Of a stretch of 64,000 nt of DNA, positions 1-9,380 are shown in pieces. The DNA is taken from positions 51,485 through 115,484 of the IMG/VR virus record IMGVR_UViG_3300033073_000410; one strand, 5' to 3'. The notes under the pieces were generated by a model. It saw only the letters and a list, made by a program, of their open reading frames with translations, was not told the DNA's origin and did no database searches. Positions within the stretch are counted from its first letter, which is position 1. The number at the start of each line of letters is the position of its first letter. Made by a program: the position numbers and the translations under genes. Source of the stretch: a virus. Taxonomy: Duplodnaviria; Caudoviricetes.

Positions 1-41
1 ACTACATCGTCCCAAATGTTTCCACCTTCCATTAAGTTCAT
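1..41 (-). CDS. 5' part of a gene running off the window (MNLMEGGNIWDDV...)
   Basis: ATG at 41-39, directly after the stop of 43..384; frame open to the window edge. Confidence 0.6.
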   Translation of the reverse strand, partial: MNLMEGGNIWDDV

Positions 42-42
42 T

Positions 43-384
43 TTAATAGCTCACTTTAATATGTTGAATAACACCAGCACTAAAATTGCTGATAACTACA
101 CGGATCCAAACAAAGTTTCCTGTGACGTTTTGATAACTGATTTGAGTTAATCCGTCAGCTTCGAAACTATGAACTTCGAACCAGTCGCCGTCTGTAGGGA
201 CTTCTGATAATGTAGCTTGAAATGAAATATAACCAGATACTGAGGTTAATTTCCATGCAACTGTTTGCAGATTCTTCTTGCTTAGATAGTACCCGGCGGC
301 AGGGAAATGGTCGCTGATAACCGTAGTGTTGTTGCCTGCAAAAGCCGTTTGACCAAGCATTAATGTTGTAATTGTTTGGCTCAT
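43..384 (-). CDS. Small beta-rich hypothetical protein, probably virion-associated
   Basis: ORF track; resembles the C-terminal domain of 46571..47323. Confidence 0.6.
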   Translation of the reverse strand: MSQTITTLMLGQTAFAGNNTTVISDHFPAAGYYLSKKNLQTVAWKLTSVSGYISFQATLSEVPTDGDWFEVHSFEADGLTQISYQNVTGNFVWIRVVISNFSAGVIQHIKVSY

Positions 385-551
385 TATGCTTTCTCAACTT
401 CCACTAAAACATCTCCAGCAACTAACTGCTGAACAACTTCTTCAATCGTCTTGGGAAGGTCATCAAACCCGGTAGACTCTACATCTGCCGGGTTATCTCT
501 TACAAGTTGGCTTAATTTAACTACAAATACGGTTTCTACAATCTTGGCCAT
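384..551 (-). CDS. 55-aa hypothetical protein (MAKIVETVFVVKLSQLVRD...EVEKA), missing from the ORF track
   Basis: Translated by hand; GGAG RBS, TAATG coupling to the next gene, TAAATA box upstream. Confidence 0.75.
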   Translation of the reverse strand: MAKIVETVFVVKLSQLVRDNPADVESTGFDDLPKTIEEVVQQLVAGDVLVEVEKA

Positions 552-553
552 GA

Positions 554-580
554 AAATACTCCATTAATAGAGTATTTATC
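554..580 (-). promoter_or_regulatory. T4-like late promoter (GATAAATA) overlapping an RBS-sequestering hairpin
   Basis: Minus strand gataAATACTC-tattaatg-GAGTATTTtcATG. Confidence 0.6.
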
Positions 581-583
581 ATG

Positions 584-1312
584 TTATGTAGGTTCTGGAC
601 GCTTTTCTAATTTATAGCGTTTACCCAGCATGTCGCCGTACAATAGTGCTAGATAGCTTAATGTTGATTCTTCATTGTAGTCAATGAAGTAGTGACTGGA
701 CATGTAATTGCCCCACCAATAATTAATTACAGTTTTTTCTCTAACCCACTTGGACATTGCAGGGCTAGAACTAAGGGTTTTCTTATTTTTATCTAAGAAT
801 TTCTTAAGTTCTTCCTTGAACCCGTCAGGAGCACGTTTGCTCTTTAAGTAAACCCTATAGTTAAACTTGGGCTTGTTTACAAAGTGCTTTATACCAACTA
901 AATTACTTGTGATAACTTCGGTCATGTCAGTTACAACATTAACATCGTTAGTATATTGTGACTTAATATCCTGCAAATACTGTAGGTCGTTACTGAAAAC
1001 AGCAATTGTGTCACCCTCGCTACGCAACCCAATGTTCTTGTCCTTCTTAGCCGCGGCCCTGAAAGTAATTAACCTTTCAATTGGTACTAAGTTTTCAGTG
1101 ATTTCTTTCTTTGCATCGTCACGTAACTTACTGTACAATTTACTCTTCCCGGCTAAACGTAACTTCAATGTTTCGATATCACTGTACCAGGCATAACGAA
1201 CACCCGGTATAGATAAACGCAACCTATATAGGTACTTACTGTAATATGAACTGTCTCGGTAATCGTGAAAATCGATACCAGGAACATCACTGACTGACTT
1301 CAATAATCCCAT
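584..1312 (-). CDS. Hypothetical protein, 242 aa
   Basis: ORF overlapping the end of clpA. Confidence 0.7.
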   Translation of the reverse strand: MGLLKSVSDVPGIDFHDYRDSSYYSKYLYRLRLSIPGVRYAWYSDIETLKLRLAGKSKLYSKLRDDAKKEITENLVPIERLITFRAAAKKDKNIGLRSEGDTIAVFSNDLQYLQDIKSQYTNDVNVVTDMTEVITSNLVGIKHFVNKPKFNYRVYLKSKRAPDGFKEELKKFLDKNKKTLSSSPAMSKWVREKTVINYWWGNYMSSHYFIDYNEESTLSYLALLYGDMLGKRYKLEKRPEPT

Positions 1313-3566
1313 CTTCTCCTACTTTCGCTACTAGTTTCTGTGATACCTCGAACTCGATGGTATCGTTGTTTAATACCGCGTTGATTGTACTATTTTTAAT
1401 ACGTTCAAACAAGATTTTCTTAGATAGAGGCACCCGAATCAATTCGTCAATCTTACGTGACAATGGACGAGCACCCATCTTACTATCATAGCCCTTTTCA
1501 GCTAGATATTCAACAACTGGTTCACTCAAGTTCAACTGAATCTGATATGTGTCATTCAATTGTTTACGCAAGTCCTCTGTAAACTTAAGTACAATCTTCT
1601 TGATAGCCAATGTATCGAGTTTATCAAACTTACAGACCAAGTCGATACGGTTTCTGAATTCTGGCTTAAAGAACTCTTTCAACGCTTTGTCATCTTCACC
1701 TGTACGTTCTTGTGAACCGAAACCAATCACTGACTTCTCACTATCACTAGAACCCAAGTTACTGGTCATGATAATGATACAGTTCTTAGCATTGACTTCT
1801 TTACCGTTCGTGCCGGTCACTCGACCTTCATCAAGTAATTGCAAGAACACGTTAAAGATATCTGGGTGAGCCTTTTCAACTTCGTCAAACAACAAGATAG
1901 CATGAGGGTTCTTGCTCAAGTCGTTGATTAAGCGTCCGCCACCTAAGTTGCCTTCGCCGAAGCCTACGTATCCGGGAGGTGCGCCGAGCAATGCTGACAC
2001 GTTGAACTTTTCACTGTACTCTGACATGTCGTATTTCAACAAGGGCATGTCTAAGTTCTTACTTAACAAACGTGCAAGTTCAGTCTTACCCGTACCAGTT
2101 GGGCCTAAGAACAAGAAACTTGCCATTGGCTTAGTCTCTGGGCTGATGCCAGCAAAACTAACATATAAGCGATCCAATACAGCATCAACAGTCTTTTCTT
2201 GACCATACAACTTATGCTTCACGTTATCGGACAATGTCAACACACGTGCGTTACTGTCATTACTCAACTTGTCAGCAGGGACTTTAGCCATGCGTTCAAC
2301 TTGTTCGTAAATCAATTCTTTTGTAATCTTAGCACCACTGTTGTTCAATACTCTCTGTTTAGCACAAGCCGCATCAATCAAGTCAATTGACTTGTCTGGG
2401 TTCTTACGGTCATGCATGTAACGGGTAGCACTATCTACTGCCGCAACAATAGCGTCATCTTCGATTTCAACATCATGGAAGTCATTCAAGCGTTTGCTCA
2501 AGCCACCAAGAATACGAATAGTTGATTCACGATTTGGTTCGTCAACTGATACACGATAGAAGCGGCGCATCAACGCACGATCCTTCTCGAAACTCTCATA
2601 GTACTCTTCCCAAGTTGTACTAGCGATAACTTTCAATGTACCCTTAGTGATAGCAGGCTTAATCATATTAGCGAAGTCAACACTGCCGTTACTACTGTTG
2701 CCACCAGCACCCTTCATAGTGTGTGCTTCGTCAATGAAAAGAATAGCTTTCTTCTTGGCACTCAATGCTTCGAGTACTGACTTAATCTTTTCTTCAAAGT
2801 CACCGCGATACTTACTACCAGCAAGCAAACTACCGATTTCAAGACTATAAAGAGTATGACCCTTCAAGAAGTCTGGGCAATCGCCGTCAACAATCTTTTG
2901 TGCTAGACCCTCTGCGATAGCTGTCTTACCTACACCAGGATCACCCACCATTAACACGTTACTTTTGAATCGTTTAGCTAATACGTTAACAATCTCGTTG
3001 ACCTCAGTTGAACGACCAATCATTGGTTCTAGTTTACCAGTTTGTGCTAGTTCACTCAAATTGATAGTGTATTCTTCTAGGATTTCATTAGCTTGTGATT
3101 CTGTCAATGCAACGATACTATCATTGTGCTTATAGTTCTTTTGCCAGAAGGGAACAAACTGATTCTTTTCAACGCCATACTTCAATAAAAAGTAATGTGC
3201 ATGGCTATTTGTTTCGTTTAAAATACTAAGATACAAGTCAATGCTTGTAACATTTTTACGACCGGTAAACAATACTTGTGTTACTGCTCGGTTCATTACA
3301 CGCTCTAAACTATGTGTTTTGCGTGGCTGAACATCTTGTCCTTGACTGATATCTACCTTGATTGATTGTAGGTTATCGATATAACTGGTGATTTCCTTAA
3401 TCATCATGTCAGTATCAGCACCAAATTGGTCAAGACATTTCTTAAACGGGGTGAATGTTACTAGTGCTAGTAACAAGTGCTCAATAGTGCAATATTCATG
3501 GTTGCGCTCTTTAGCGAATCCAACTGATGATTCAATGATGGATTCGATTTCTGGTGAATTAGTCAC
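1287..3566 (-). CDS. clpA: ClpA-like AAA+ unfoldase
   Basis: Clp N-domain (EHLLLAL), two Walker A motifs (GDPGVGKT, GPTGTGKT), Walker B (FIDEAH, LFDEVEK), GAPPGYVG, IGF loop, GARPL; no ClpB middle domain. Confidence 0.92.
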   Translation of the reverse strand: MTNSPEIESIIESSVGFAKERNHEYCTIEHLLLALVTFTPFKKCLDQFGADTDMMIKEITSYIDNLQSIKVDISQGQDVQPRKTHSLERVMNRAVTQVLFTGRKNVTSIDLYLSILNETNSHAHYFLLKYGVEKNQFVPFWQKNYKHNDSIVALTESQANEILEEYTINLSELAQTGKLEPMIGRSTEVNEIVNVLAKRFKSNVLMVGDPGVGKTAIAEGLAQKIVDGDCPDFLKGHTLYSLEIGSLLAGSKYRGDFEEKIKSVLEALSAKKKAILFIDEAHTMKGAGGNSSNGSVDFANMIKPAITKGTLKVIASTTWEEYYESFEKDRALMRRFYRVSVDEPNRESTIRILGGLSKRLNDFHDVEIEDDAIVAAVDSATRYMHDRKNPDKSIDLIDAACAKQRVLNNSGAKITKELIYEQVERMAKVPADKLSNDSNARVLTLSDNVKHKLYGQEKTVDAVLDRLYVSFAGISPETKPMASFLFLGPTGTGKTELARLLSKNLDMPLLKYDMSEYSEKFNVSALLGAPPGYVGFGEGNLGGGRLINDLSKNPHAILLFDEVEKAHPDIFNVFLQLLDEGRVTGTNGKEVNAKNCIIIMTSNLGSSDSEKSVIGFGSQERTGEDDKALKEFFKPEFRNRIDLVCKFDKLDTLAIKKIVLKFTEDLRKQLNDTYQIQLNLSEPVVEYLAEKGYDSKMGARPLSRKIDELIRVPLSKKILFERIKNSTINAVLNNDTIEFEVSQKLVAKVGEDGIIEVSQ

Positions 3567-3577
3567 TAATTGTTCCT

Positions 3578-4384
3578 TTATTTAGATTGAGTTTGACGAA
3601 TCATGTTTATTACAGATGCGTCAATGTTAGCAGGGATAAATGGTTTTAGCAAGAGATATTGGTCACCGGCACCTTGATGATATGGGATTCCCTCGCCCTT
3701 AATCTTCATCATTGCACCCGGTTGAGTCTTTTCGGGTATGTTGACTTCAAGTTCCTTACCCTTAATAGTAGTGAACTTAACTGTTGTACCCACAATTAGA
3801 TCCAGAACTGAAATCTCAAATGTACTAATTAAGTCGGGACCATTACGTTCAAACTTTGGATTAGGTTGAACTCTGAACTCTGCTATAAGTACGCTGTCTG
3901 GGATTATGTGTTCGTATTTGAGTTGTGTGCCGTTGTCAACACCGACTGGGATATCGATTTTGATTGCTTCAACTTTTCCAGATGGTAACTGTATTGAGAG
4001 TAACTGCTCTCCGCCAGTACAAACCTGTTCCAGGGTGACCCATACAATAGTCCTGAATACGTTCTGTCGCTGAAATCCTTGTCCGAAGAAGTTGTGGTTT
4101 CCACCTCCGAACATTTGGGCGAAAATGTCGTTAACGCTTCCCCCGTGATTGAATTGGAATCCGAAAGGGCTGCCGCCATGTTGACCGAATGGGTTTGGAT
4201 TGTCATATTGCTGTTTCTTTTCTGGGTTAGATAAGTTATCGTAGGCTTCTTGAACCTTTTGGAACATGGCAGTGTCACCACCCTTATCTGGGTGATGTAC
4301 TGCTGCCATTTTTCTGTATGCTTTTTTGATTTCGTCGGGGGAGGCATTTCTGTCTACCCCGAGAGTTTGATAATAGTCGCTCAT
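3578..4384 (-). CDS. dnaJ: DnaJ/CbpA-type co-chaperone without zinc finger
   Basis: DYYQTLGV, HPD motif, G/F-rich linker, DnaJ C-terminal domain. Confidence 0.92.
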   Translation of the reverse strand: MSDYYQTLGVDRNASPDEIKKAYRKMAAVHHPDKGGDTAMFQKVQEAYDNLSNPEKKQQYDNPNPFGQHGGSPFGFQFNHGGSVNDIFAQMFGGGNHNFFGQGFQRQNVFRTIVWVTLEQVCTGGEQLLSIQLPSGKVEAIKIDIPVGVDNGTQLKYEHIIPDSVLIAEFRVQPNPKFERNGPDLISTFEISVLDLIVGTTVKFTTIKGKELEVNIPEKTQPGAMMKIKGEGIPYHQGAGDQYLLLKPFIPANIDASVINMIRQTQSK

Positions 4385-4391
4385 AATATTG

Positions 4392-4420
4392 ATGATAGCA
4401 CAGTTTGTGTGCTAAGTCAA
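4392..4420 (-). promoter_or_regulatory. sigma70-type promoter, predicted leaderless (dnaJ-clpA operon)
   Basis: TTGACT-N17-TATCAT-N7-ATG, no SD. Confidence 0.65.
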
Positions 4421-4423
4421 TAT

Positions 4424-5020
4424 TTATTTTGCCGCACCCTCAATTTTTTCTTTTGTTCTACCATATGCGGCGATACCTAGAACTGCACCCATTGCGATGT
4501 GGTAAAGACCAGCACCTTGTAATGTCAATGGTTGCCACTGTGACGTTACGTTACCGTGTGTCAATGCTTGTAACAATGACCAAAGAATTGGGAACACAAC
4601 AAAGTCACATGTACATGTTAACATATACACCCAACCCATAACTGGGCGCCATTTCTTGTTGATCCAATCTGTTGCGTCTTTGTCTAATGCTACTGTGGAC
4701 TCTCCACCTTGGCTCATTGCTCCTCCGCCGGATTGTAGGGCGGCTGCTTGGTTGTTGTTTGATTGCATGTTTGCTCCTCCCATTGACGGACTTGAGCCGA
4801 AACTGCTAGTTGTTGACGATGTTGTAGTTGTAGTGCCAAAGCTACCGGAACCTCCGAAACCACTGGCTGCTGGGCTTGTTGCATTACCAAATCCTCCTCC
4901 GAATGAACTTCCCGTTGGGAAAGCAGATACGTTTGGATCTGCCGCTAGTGCCTCATGATGGTCGTCATCTGTGGCGATTGGAGTCTCTGCTCCCGCTTTT
5001 TTTGCTAGTAATGTTGCCAT
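4424..5020 (-). CDS. 3TM/GTA-holin-like membrane protein with a Gly/Ser-rich N-terminus
   Basis: WINKKWRPVMGW, hydrophobic helices, GAVLGIAAYGRTKEK end. Confidence 0.6.
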   Translation of the reverse strand: MATLLAKKAGAETPIATDDDHHEALAADPNVSAFPTGSSFGGGFGNATSPAASGFGGSGSFGTTTTTSSTTSSFGSSPSMGGANMQSNNNQAAALQSGGGAMSQGGESTVALDKDATDWINKKWRPVMGWVYMLTCTCDFVVFPILWSLLQALTHGNVTSQWQPLTLQGAGLYHIAMGAVLGIAAYGRTKEKIEGAAK

Positions 5021-5021
5021 A

Positions 5022-5561
5022 TTATAATCCCGCCTTTGAAATAAAGTCTTTGAGTAGACTATCTTGTTCTTTGAAAATCTTGTGTGGCTCTAGTCCTGCA
5101 CGTTCACGCATTTCATTCAAGTCTGACTCTTTTTCCATTCTATATTGATGTGGACTTAATGTAATCATACTTTTAATACGTCCGGCGTCTAAAGGATAAT
5201 TAGTCCCATCAATTTTCATTTCCCAGTCTTCAACTTTAAGACCAGTTAATGTTTCTAAATCTTCTACAAGCTCAATGATTCTATCTGGAACCATTGTTCT
5301 ACGGTCTAGTTCAACGAACACTACATAGCGTCCTGATACTAACTCACCGTCACTAGTCTTAGCGTCTAAGACCCAGTCATATCCTCGCTCAAACCAGTCA
5401 ACTAAATCTTCACTAGCCTGATTACCCCTAACAACAAATGACACAGTAACAATTTCATCATCACTTCCCATCTTTGCTTCATATTCATCAATTGAAATTC
5501 TAGGGACGATTTGTCCCTTCAAATCCATATGATCCATACCCTCTAATAGAATTTTGTTCAT
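5022..5561 (-). CDS. Hypothetical protein, possible head component (MNKILLE leader)
   Basis: ORF; TAATG-coupled. Confidence 0.65.
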   Translation of the reverse strand: MNKILLEGMDHMDLKGQIVPRISIDEYEAKMGSDDEIVTVSFVVRGNQASEDLVDWFERGYDWVLDAKTSDGELVSGRYVVFVELDRRTMVPDRIIELVEDLETLTGLKVEDWEMKIDGTNYPLDAGRIKSMITLSPHQYRMEKESDLNEMRERAGLEPHKIFKEQDSLLKDFISKAGL

Positions 5562-6184
5562 TACATCATTCCTCCGGGTGCTGGTGGCATTCCTCCGCCC
5601 ATCCCCATGTCAGGAGCCATTCCCATACCTTGTGCTTGTTGAGGTTGATTTTCTTCTCCCTCTTCGGAACCTGCTTTATCTAAGTCATCTTCGTAAGCAT
5701 TATCCAACTCACCCAAGTCAATAGTTTGGTCTGCTAAGTCAATAGAACCTTCGCGGATATCGTTCATTAGTTCTTTAGGCATATTGATGTAGACTAACCA
5801 CACTTCACGCTCAACCATTTTAGGATACTTAGTTCCGGGCTTGAAATCCTCTGCTGATTCGATTTTAACTGGAACTTCAATAGTAGTCTTTTTGAACTTG
5901 ATTGTGCAACCAAGTCTTAGTAATCTTTTGCCACCACGTGGGTCGGGCATTAGTTTCTCAGGGTACATGAATACACAAGAAACACTATACTTCTCAACAT
6001 CAGGACCACGGACTAACTCGCCCAAATCCCAATGTTTATATGCATAGAGGTCAGCTTCATCTAGGACTCGTTCAAAGTCTAGTAAGCTGTTAATCATACC
6101 GTCACTAAAGTAGACACCCTTAATAGTATTAATGATGCTCGAATAGTTGATATCGTTGAAAAAGTCGTCTGAAGGATTGCTCAT
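5561..6184 (-). CDS. Hypothetical late protein with a Gly/Met/Pro-rich tail
   Basis: ORF; GATAAATA 7 nt upstream of ATG. Confidence 0.7.
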   Translation of the reverse strand: MSNPSDDFFNDINYSSIINTIKGVYFSDGMINSLLDFERVLDEADLYAYKHWDLGELVRGPDVEKYSVSCVFMYPEKLMPDPRGGKRLLRLGCTIKFKKTTIEVPVKIESAEDFKPGTKYPKMVEREVWLVYINMPKELMNDIREGSIDLADQTIDLGELDNAYEDDLDKAGSEEGEENQPQQAQGMGMAPDMGMGGGMPPAPGGMM

Positions 6185-6354
6185 AGTTTAGTATTTATCA
6201 TTCTTTGAACGATAACGAGCAGAAAGAAAAGTTCGGGGGTAGCCTAATATTTATGCTAATTCTGTGTGAAAAAAGTACGCTACTATAGGCTATTCATTTG
6301 ACCTTAAATAAACTTGAGTGTTATGAGAACTCACGCTCGACAAAGGAGATAATT

Positions 6355-7134
6355 TTGAGCAAACGAAAGACAGGCGCTTTACGCAATCAGGAACAAGACA
6401 CACGCTACGCACACACAAAAAAACAAGAACAAACATTCTATACGAAAGAATCTAAAACAATCAATTTCGACCAAGCACGAATCAAACTGAATACTAAACC
6501 CATTCAATTAGTGCCCAAGTCCGTCAATCAAGAAAAGTACATTCTCGCACTACTTAATGAACACGTTGATATCGTTGTCGTAGGTGGACCTGCGGGAACA
6601 GGTAAAACTTATCTAGCTATGCAAGCCGCTATCAAGGCATTGAAAGCAGGTGAAGTAGACCGTATTATCTTGACTAGACCTGCAATTGGTGTTGAAGATG
6701 AAAAGCATGGGTTCTTGCCAGGAGATATCAATCAAAAGATGGAACCGTGGACTAGACCTCTGCTAGACGTTTTACGTGAGTATTACACAGCCCGTGAAAT
6801 CGCCCACATGCTAGAAGAACAGATAGTGGAAATTGCACCCCTAGCATTCTGTCGAGGTCGGAACTTTAAGCACAGCTACGTTATACTTGATGAAGCTCAA
6901 AACGCAACCCCTGGTCAACTCAAGATGATTATGACTAGAATCGGTATCGGCAGTAAGATTGTAATTACTGGCGACATTGAACAAGCCGATAGAAAAACAG
7001 CCGACAATGGGCTACTAGACTTACAAAATCGATTGGGGAAGGGGGTGATTCCAGGGTTGCAACTATGTAACTTTGAACTAAAAGATGTTCAACGACATAG
7101 GATTATCGAGCACGTACTTAAATTGTATGGATAA
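6355..7134 (+). CDS. phoH: PhoH-family ATPase (likely TTG start at 6355)
   Basis: GPAGTGKT, LTRP, GFLPG, RGR, LDEAQN, TGDIEQAD, VQRH; AAGGAG RBS before TTG. Confidence 0.93.
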   Translation: MSKRKTGALRNQEQDTRYAHTKKQEQTFYTKESKTINFDQARIKLNTKPIQLVPKSVNQEKYILALLNEHVDIVVVGGPAGTGKTYLAMQAAIKALKAGEVDRIILTRPAIGVEDEKHGFLPGDINQKMEPWTRPLLDVLREYYTAREIAHMLEEQIVEIAPLAFCRGRNFKHSYVILDEAQNATPGQLKMIMTRIGIGSKIVITGDIEQADRKTADNGLLDLQNRLGKGVIPGLQLCNFELKDVQRHRIIEHVLKLYG

Positions 7135-7135
7135 T

Positions 7136-7160
7136 AAAAAGGGGCTTAACGCCCCTTTTT
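7136..7160. terminator. Bidirectional intrinsic terminator
   Basis: AAAAAGGGGC-ttaac-GCCCCTTTTT between convergent genes. Confidence 0.85.
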
Positions 7161-7413
7161 ATTCCTCGTTCGCTTCGTTAGTTAATCGTTCTATGATAGC
7201 AGGGTAGACCTGAATATAGTACGCAAGCATTTTGTCAAAGTCAGTTTGAATAACTTGGCTTTCGACCAAGCATTTTACCAACTTCTTTTCCTTAAAGTCC
7301 ATGATAACATTCGCCATTTGAATGTCATTATCTTTAACTTTCTTCGCAACTTGAACTTGTTCGTCAATCTTACCATCGGCTTTACGAACGTATGTAATAA
7401 TTAGATATCTCAT
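7159..7413 (-). CDS. Hypothetical protein, 84 aa
   Basis: ORF. Confidence 0.7.
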   Translation of the reverse strand: MRYLIITYVRKADGKIDEQVQVAKKVKDNDIQMANVIMDFKEKKLVKCLVESQVIQTDFDKMLAYYIQVYPAIIERLTNEANEE

Positions 7414-7414
7414 A

Positions 7415-8341
7415 TTAACTTGTTAATTCTATAAGTGTAGCTGCCAAGTTGATTTCAGGGATACCAACTAGGCTTAAGTTTGCTAAACCATTGCGAATCA
7501 CAATGATACTAGCATCCTTCTTTTCTTGTGTATTGCCCCACAAGTCTAAGTTGTTGTACATCCAACGATATACATCTTCAATACGACTTGGATACAATGC
7601 CAAATATTGTAGTAGTTGTTGACGACCTTCGTTAATCTTTCCCTTCTTAAACAGTTGGGTTGCTTCAACTAATAGTTCATCTTCACTAGAAGTTTGTGTT
7701 GATGGTGGCAACAATTTGCCTGTGCTACTATTGACTTGCAATTGATTCAAACACTTACGTAAGTCAGGATAACTTACACCAATGTAGCTATCAAGCACAT
7801 CCAAATCAAATTCAACATTCTCTGTAACTAGAACAGTTGCGGCTCTTGCCGTGAACTCAGTTTTATCTGGTTTAGCGATATGAAACTTGTGACAGCGACT
7901 TTCACGCAATGCAGGTATAACTCTATGCTCATAGTTACAAGTTAAGATATAACGTGTAGTAGCAGAATATGCTTCCATATCATTACGCAATGCAGCCTGT
8001 GCGTCACGTGATAGATAGTCAGCTTCGTCAAGCAACACGACTTTGAACTTACCAAAGGGCATTGTTTCTACGAAACCATTAATCTTTGTACGAACGTTCT
8101 CTACGGAGTTTTCACGTGATGCGTTGATTTCCAACACATCGAATTCATCTACTCCCAACTCTTTGATTAAGACTTTTGCTAGTGTTGTTTTACCAGTACC
8201 AGGGTCACCCGATAACAATAAGTGAGGGATAGTTCCCTCTTTGATCCAACCTTCTACTTGTTGCTTTTGTCGTTCATCAACAAACACATAATCACTAATG
8301 TTTGTTGGGCGATACTTTTCTACCCAGAGACTGTTTTTCAT
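7415..8341 (-). CDS. Clamp loader large subunit (RFC / T4 gp44-like)
   Basis: LWVEKYRP, GDPGTGKTT, LEINAS, LDEAD, TCNY, SRC motif. Confidence 0.93.
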   Translation of the reverse strand: MKNSLWVEKYRPTNISDYVFVDERQKQQVEGWIKEGTIPHLLLSGDPGTGKTTLAKVLIKELGVDEFDVLEINASRENSVENVRTKINGFVETMPFGKFKVVLLDEADYLSRDAQAALRNDMEAYSATTRYILTCNYEHRVIPALRESRCHKFHIAKPDKTEFTARAATVLVTENVEFDLDVLDSYIGVSYPDLRKCLNQLQVNSSTGKLLPPSTQTSSEDELLVEATQLFKKGKINEGRQQLLQYLALYPSRIEDVYRWMYNNLDLWGNTQEKKDASIIVIRNGLANLSLVGIPEINLAATLIELTS

Positions 8342-8703
8342 CGTTTCAATGCTTCCAAAGTCATAATTTTAGCAAGTTCTGTGCCTAAATCCAAGTCACT
8401 TGGGATAAGATGTAGTGCTTGGTCGTTAGTATCCTTCTTCTCATTGTAGTAACTGTATTCTACAATGTGACCGCCCGTTGCTGGGTAGATTCTAAATACT
8501 AACGGAGATTGACTTAAGTTAACCTGACCGTCATCTGCAACTTTAATTCCCTGTCTCGATCCTGCTCGTACTCTAGGAATGTTCATAGCTAAACCAACTC
8601 TTGGACCCTCTGCTACTTTTTGAGTATTATGTTCCTCTTGCTCAATACTCTTGAGTCCGTTATACAACCATTTAAAAAACCAATTCATATTATACCTTAT
8701 CAC
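8338..8703 (-). CDS. Hypothetical protein
   Basis: ORF, coupled to its neighbours. Confidence 0.65.
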   Translation of the reverse strand: MIRYNMNWFFKWLYNGLKSIEQEEHNTQKVAEGPRVGLAMNIPRVRAGSRQGIKVADDGQVNLSQSPLVFRIYPATGGHIVEYSYYNEKKDTNDQALHLIPSDLDLGTELAKIMTLEALKR

Positions 8704-9058
8704 TCATAGTTAAATCGTCAACGGGTTCGTCACTAACTAATAGAATATCCGCTGGGTCAACTCTACGGATAGTTTTCTTACCCTCTTCATCTTCGATGTC
8801 CACACCCCTAGTCCAACGACCATGACTGATGCAAATCCATTTGCCCACTTCAAGTTGCGGGTCTTTTTGATTTGGTCCTAGTGCATAGATTTTAGCCCAA
8901 CGAGGGCGAATACCTGAACTTTTCATATCATCGTTTGGTAAAATGATACCACCATTTGTGATACGTACATCAAATGCCATATCACATACAATGATGTGTT
9001 CACTAATAGCCTTAAACTGGTCTTTGTTAAATTTGTGTGGTTCGAATGATGCTTTCAT
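8690..9058 (-). CDS. groES: GroES-like co-chaperonin (likely start MKASFE at 9058)
   Basis: TNGGIILP mobile loop, ALGP, VGKW, DILLV; the TTG start in the ORF track is the -35 box. Confidence 0.8.
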   Translation of the reverse strand: MKASFEPHKFNKDQFKAISEHIIVCDMAFDVRITNGGIILPNDDMKSSGIRPRWAKIYALGPNQKDPQLEVGKWICISHGRWTRGVDIEDEEGKKTIRRVDPADILLVSDEPVDDLTMSDKV

Positions 9059-9064
9059 GCTATG

Positions 9065-9094
9065 ATTATAAAGTATTTTTGTTTCTGTTTTCAA
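9065..9094 (-). promoter_or_regulatory. sigma70-type promoter, predicted leaderless (groES-clamp loader operon)
   Basis: TTGAAA-N18-TATAAT-N6-ATG. Confidence 0.65.
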
Positions 9095-9103
9095 TTAAAT
9101 TGG

Positions 9104-9370
9104 TTACTTTTGTACGTCATCATCTTCGTCAAAGAATTTCTTTTCCTCTGGCGACAACTCATCGGGTTGTAATGCTGGTTGATTGCGTACCGCTTGATTA
9201 TACGTCTTTCTAACACGTTGGTTATTGTCTTGGATAATCTTGTTGTTGCTATCTAAGATATCCCCACGTGCGTTGACACTCATGTTACCGACTGCGCGGA
9301 CTTTTTCATTGCGGGCAACTAAAGCAGACATGTCTACTGATTTACCCATTGCTGAACGTGATACACCCAT
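9104..9370 (-). CDS. Hypothetical protein, 88 aa
   Basis: ORF with AAGGAG RBS. Confidence 0.75.
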   Translation of the reverse strand: MGVSRSAMGKSVDMSALVARNEKVRAVGNMSVNARGDILDSNNKIIQDNNQRVRKTYNQAVRNQPALQPDELSPEEKKFFDEDDDVQK

Positions 9371-9380
9371 AATTTTCTCC

